Of a stretch of 64,000 nt of DNA, positions 62,960 through 64,000 are shown one piece after another. Position 1 is the first letter of the stretch; every line of letters begins with the position of its first letter. The notes under the pieces were generated by a model that saw only the letters and a program-made list of their open reading frames with translations, did not search any database and was not told the DNA's origin. The position numbers and the translations under genes were made by a program. This DNA comes from Takakia lepidozioides (Eukaryota; Plantae; Bryophyta). Location: the NCBI GenBank assembly GCA_030704615.1, contig CM060732.1:36518001-36582000 (forward strand), in the 5' to 3' direction.

Positions 62960-64000
62960 GTTACGGAGGACAATTGGGAGCCTGACATTGGACCCATTGT
63001 CACCGGAGGAGAGAGACGACGTATACGGCGGTTCCTGAGGGCTTACAGGAATTGCTTTGCCTTCAGTTTGAAGGACTTGGGAGCACTGAAGGGTCAAGAG
63101 ATCCGTATTGAGTTGGCCACTGACACGCCAATCTTTCGGAGACCCTATAGATACAGTGACATGGAGAGGTCTTTGATTCAGATGAGGACTCAAGATCTCT
63201 GGGAGGCAGGTTTGGTGGAGCTCTCTGGTGGAGAGTATGCTTCAGCCACAGTGATGCCAGCCAAGAAGGATGTCTATGGCAATTGGACGGAGAGACGTAT
63301 GTGCGGTGATTACCGGCCTGTAAATCGTCAGACCAAGTCCGATAAGTATGCCATGCCAACACCAGAGGAGATCTTTGATGCCATCGGGCATGCTAAGGCC
63401 TTTAGCACTTTGGATTTACGATCCGGATATCACCAGTTGCCAATCAAGGAGGCGGACAAGCAGAAGACGGCATTCTGGGAGATCAATGAGCACGGCAAGG
63501 ATTGCCTATATCAGTGGCGGTTCTTACCATTTGGGCTTAAGAATGCTCCTGCAGAGTTTCAGAGAGTCATGGATAGGATTCTAGCAGGGGTGGACTTTGC
63601 TCGGTGCTACATAGATGACATCATCATCTTTAGTGTTACGATGGAGGAGCATGAGAGACCTTCAGGTGGTATTGGAGCGCTTGAGAGAGCGCACGGATTG
63701 AAGTTGCATCCGGGGAAGTGCAAGTTTTTCCACAACCAGATTGAGTATCTGGGTCACATGATATATCCTGGAGGATTGGGGGTACAGCAGACTAAGGTAG
63801 AGGCCATTGCACAAATTCCACGCCCCACGGATGTGAGCCGAGTTCGAGCTTTCATGGGGTTGACAAACTATTATAGACGGTTTGTCAAGGGATTTAGTAC
63901 CATTGCAAAGGCTCTAACCAAGCTGACCAAGGTGGACCAGGAGTGGCAGTGGGAAGATGAGCAGGAACGAGCTTTTCAAGAGCTCAAGGCGAGGTTGACC
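62960..64000 (+). CDS. pol: Ty3/Gypsy reverse transcriptase and connection domain; open to window end
   Basis: Manual translation: PIFRRPYR, YASATVMPAKKD, RMCGDYRPVN, FSTLDLRSGYHQ, KTAF, LPFGLKNAPAEFQRVMD, CYIDDIIIFS (63608), KCKF, YLGH, RAFMGLTNYYRRFVKGFS. Confidence 0.95.

Larger units (their letters stand above)
56026..64000 (+). mobile_element. Ty3/Gypsy LTR retrotransposon carrying a C5 DNA methyltransferase; continues past the right edge
   Basis: 5' LTR TGTCAAG(56026)...GTCAACA(58797), then gag, protease LLDSGA, DNMT motifs and a Gypsy-type RT (YIDD). Confidence 0.92.

Overview
Nuclear DNA of a land plant, probably a non-seed plant (inferred from spliceosomal GT-AG introns, a PLS-class PPR gene and CYP716-like genes). 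Host genes: a PLS-PPR protein (minus, runs off the left edge), an 11-exon plastid protoporphyrinogen oxidase, CENP-S/MHF1, a 4-exon clan-71-like cytochrome P450 with an atypical heme motif, two broken CYP716-like copies, an SRA-SET (SUVH) H3K9 methyltransferase and a WRNIP1/MgsA AAA+ ATPase. These are interleaved with nested mobile DNA: several pieces of one RTE/RTEX-like LINE family, a 7.4-kb CACTA with TIRs and TSD, a Harbinger-like MITE, a hAT MITE and its larger hAT relative, a tRNA-Gly-derived SINE and L1-like 3' ends. The main finding is at the right end: a Ty3/Gypsy LTR retrotransposon (LTR-gag-protease-RT) with a C5 cytosine DNA methyltransferase domain (motifs I, II, IV, VI, VIII, IX, X) inserted between protease and reverse transcriptase. 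It is split across reading frames by single-base indels, so no single ORF in the track shows it whole. All calls were made by eye; no searches were run.
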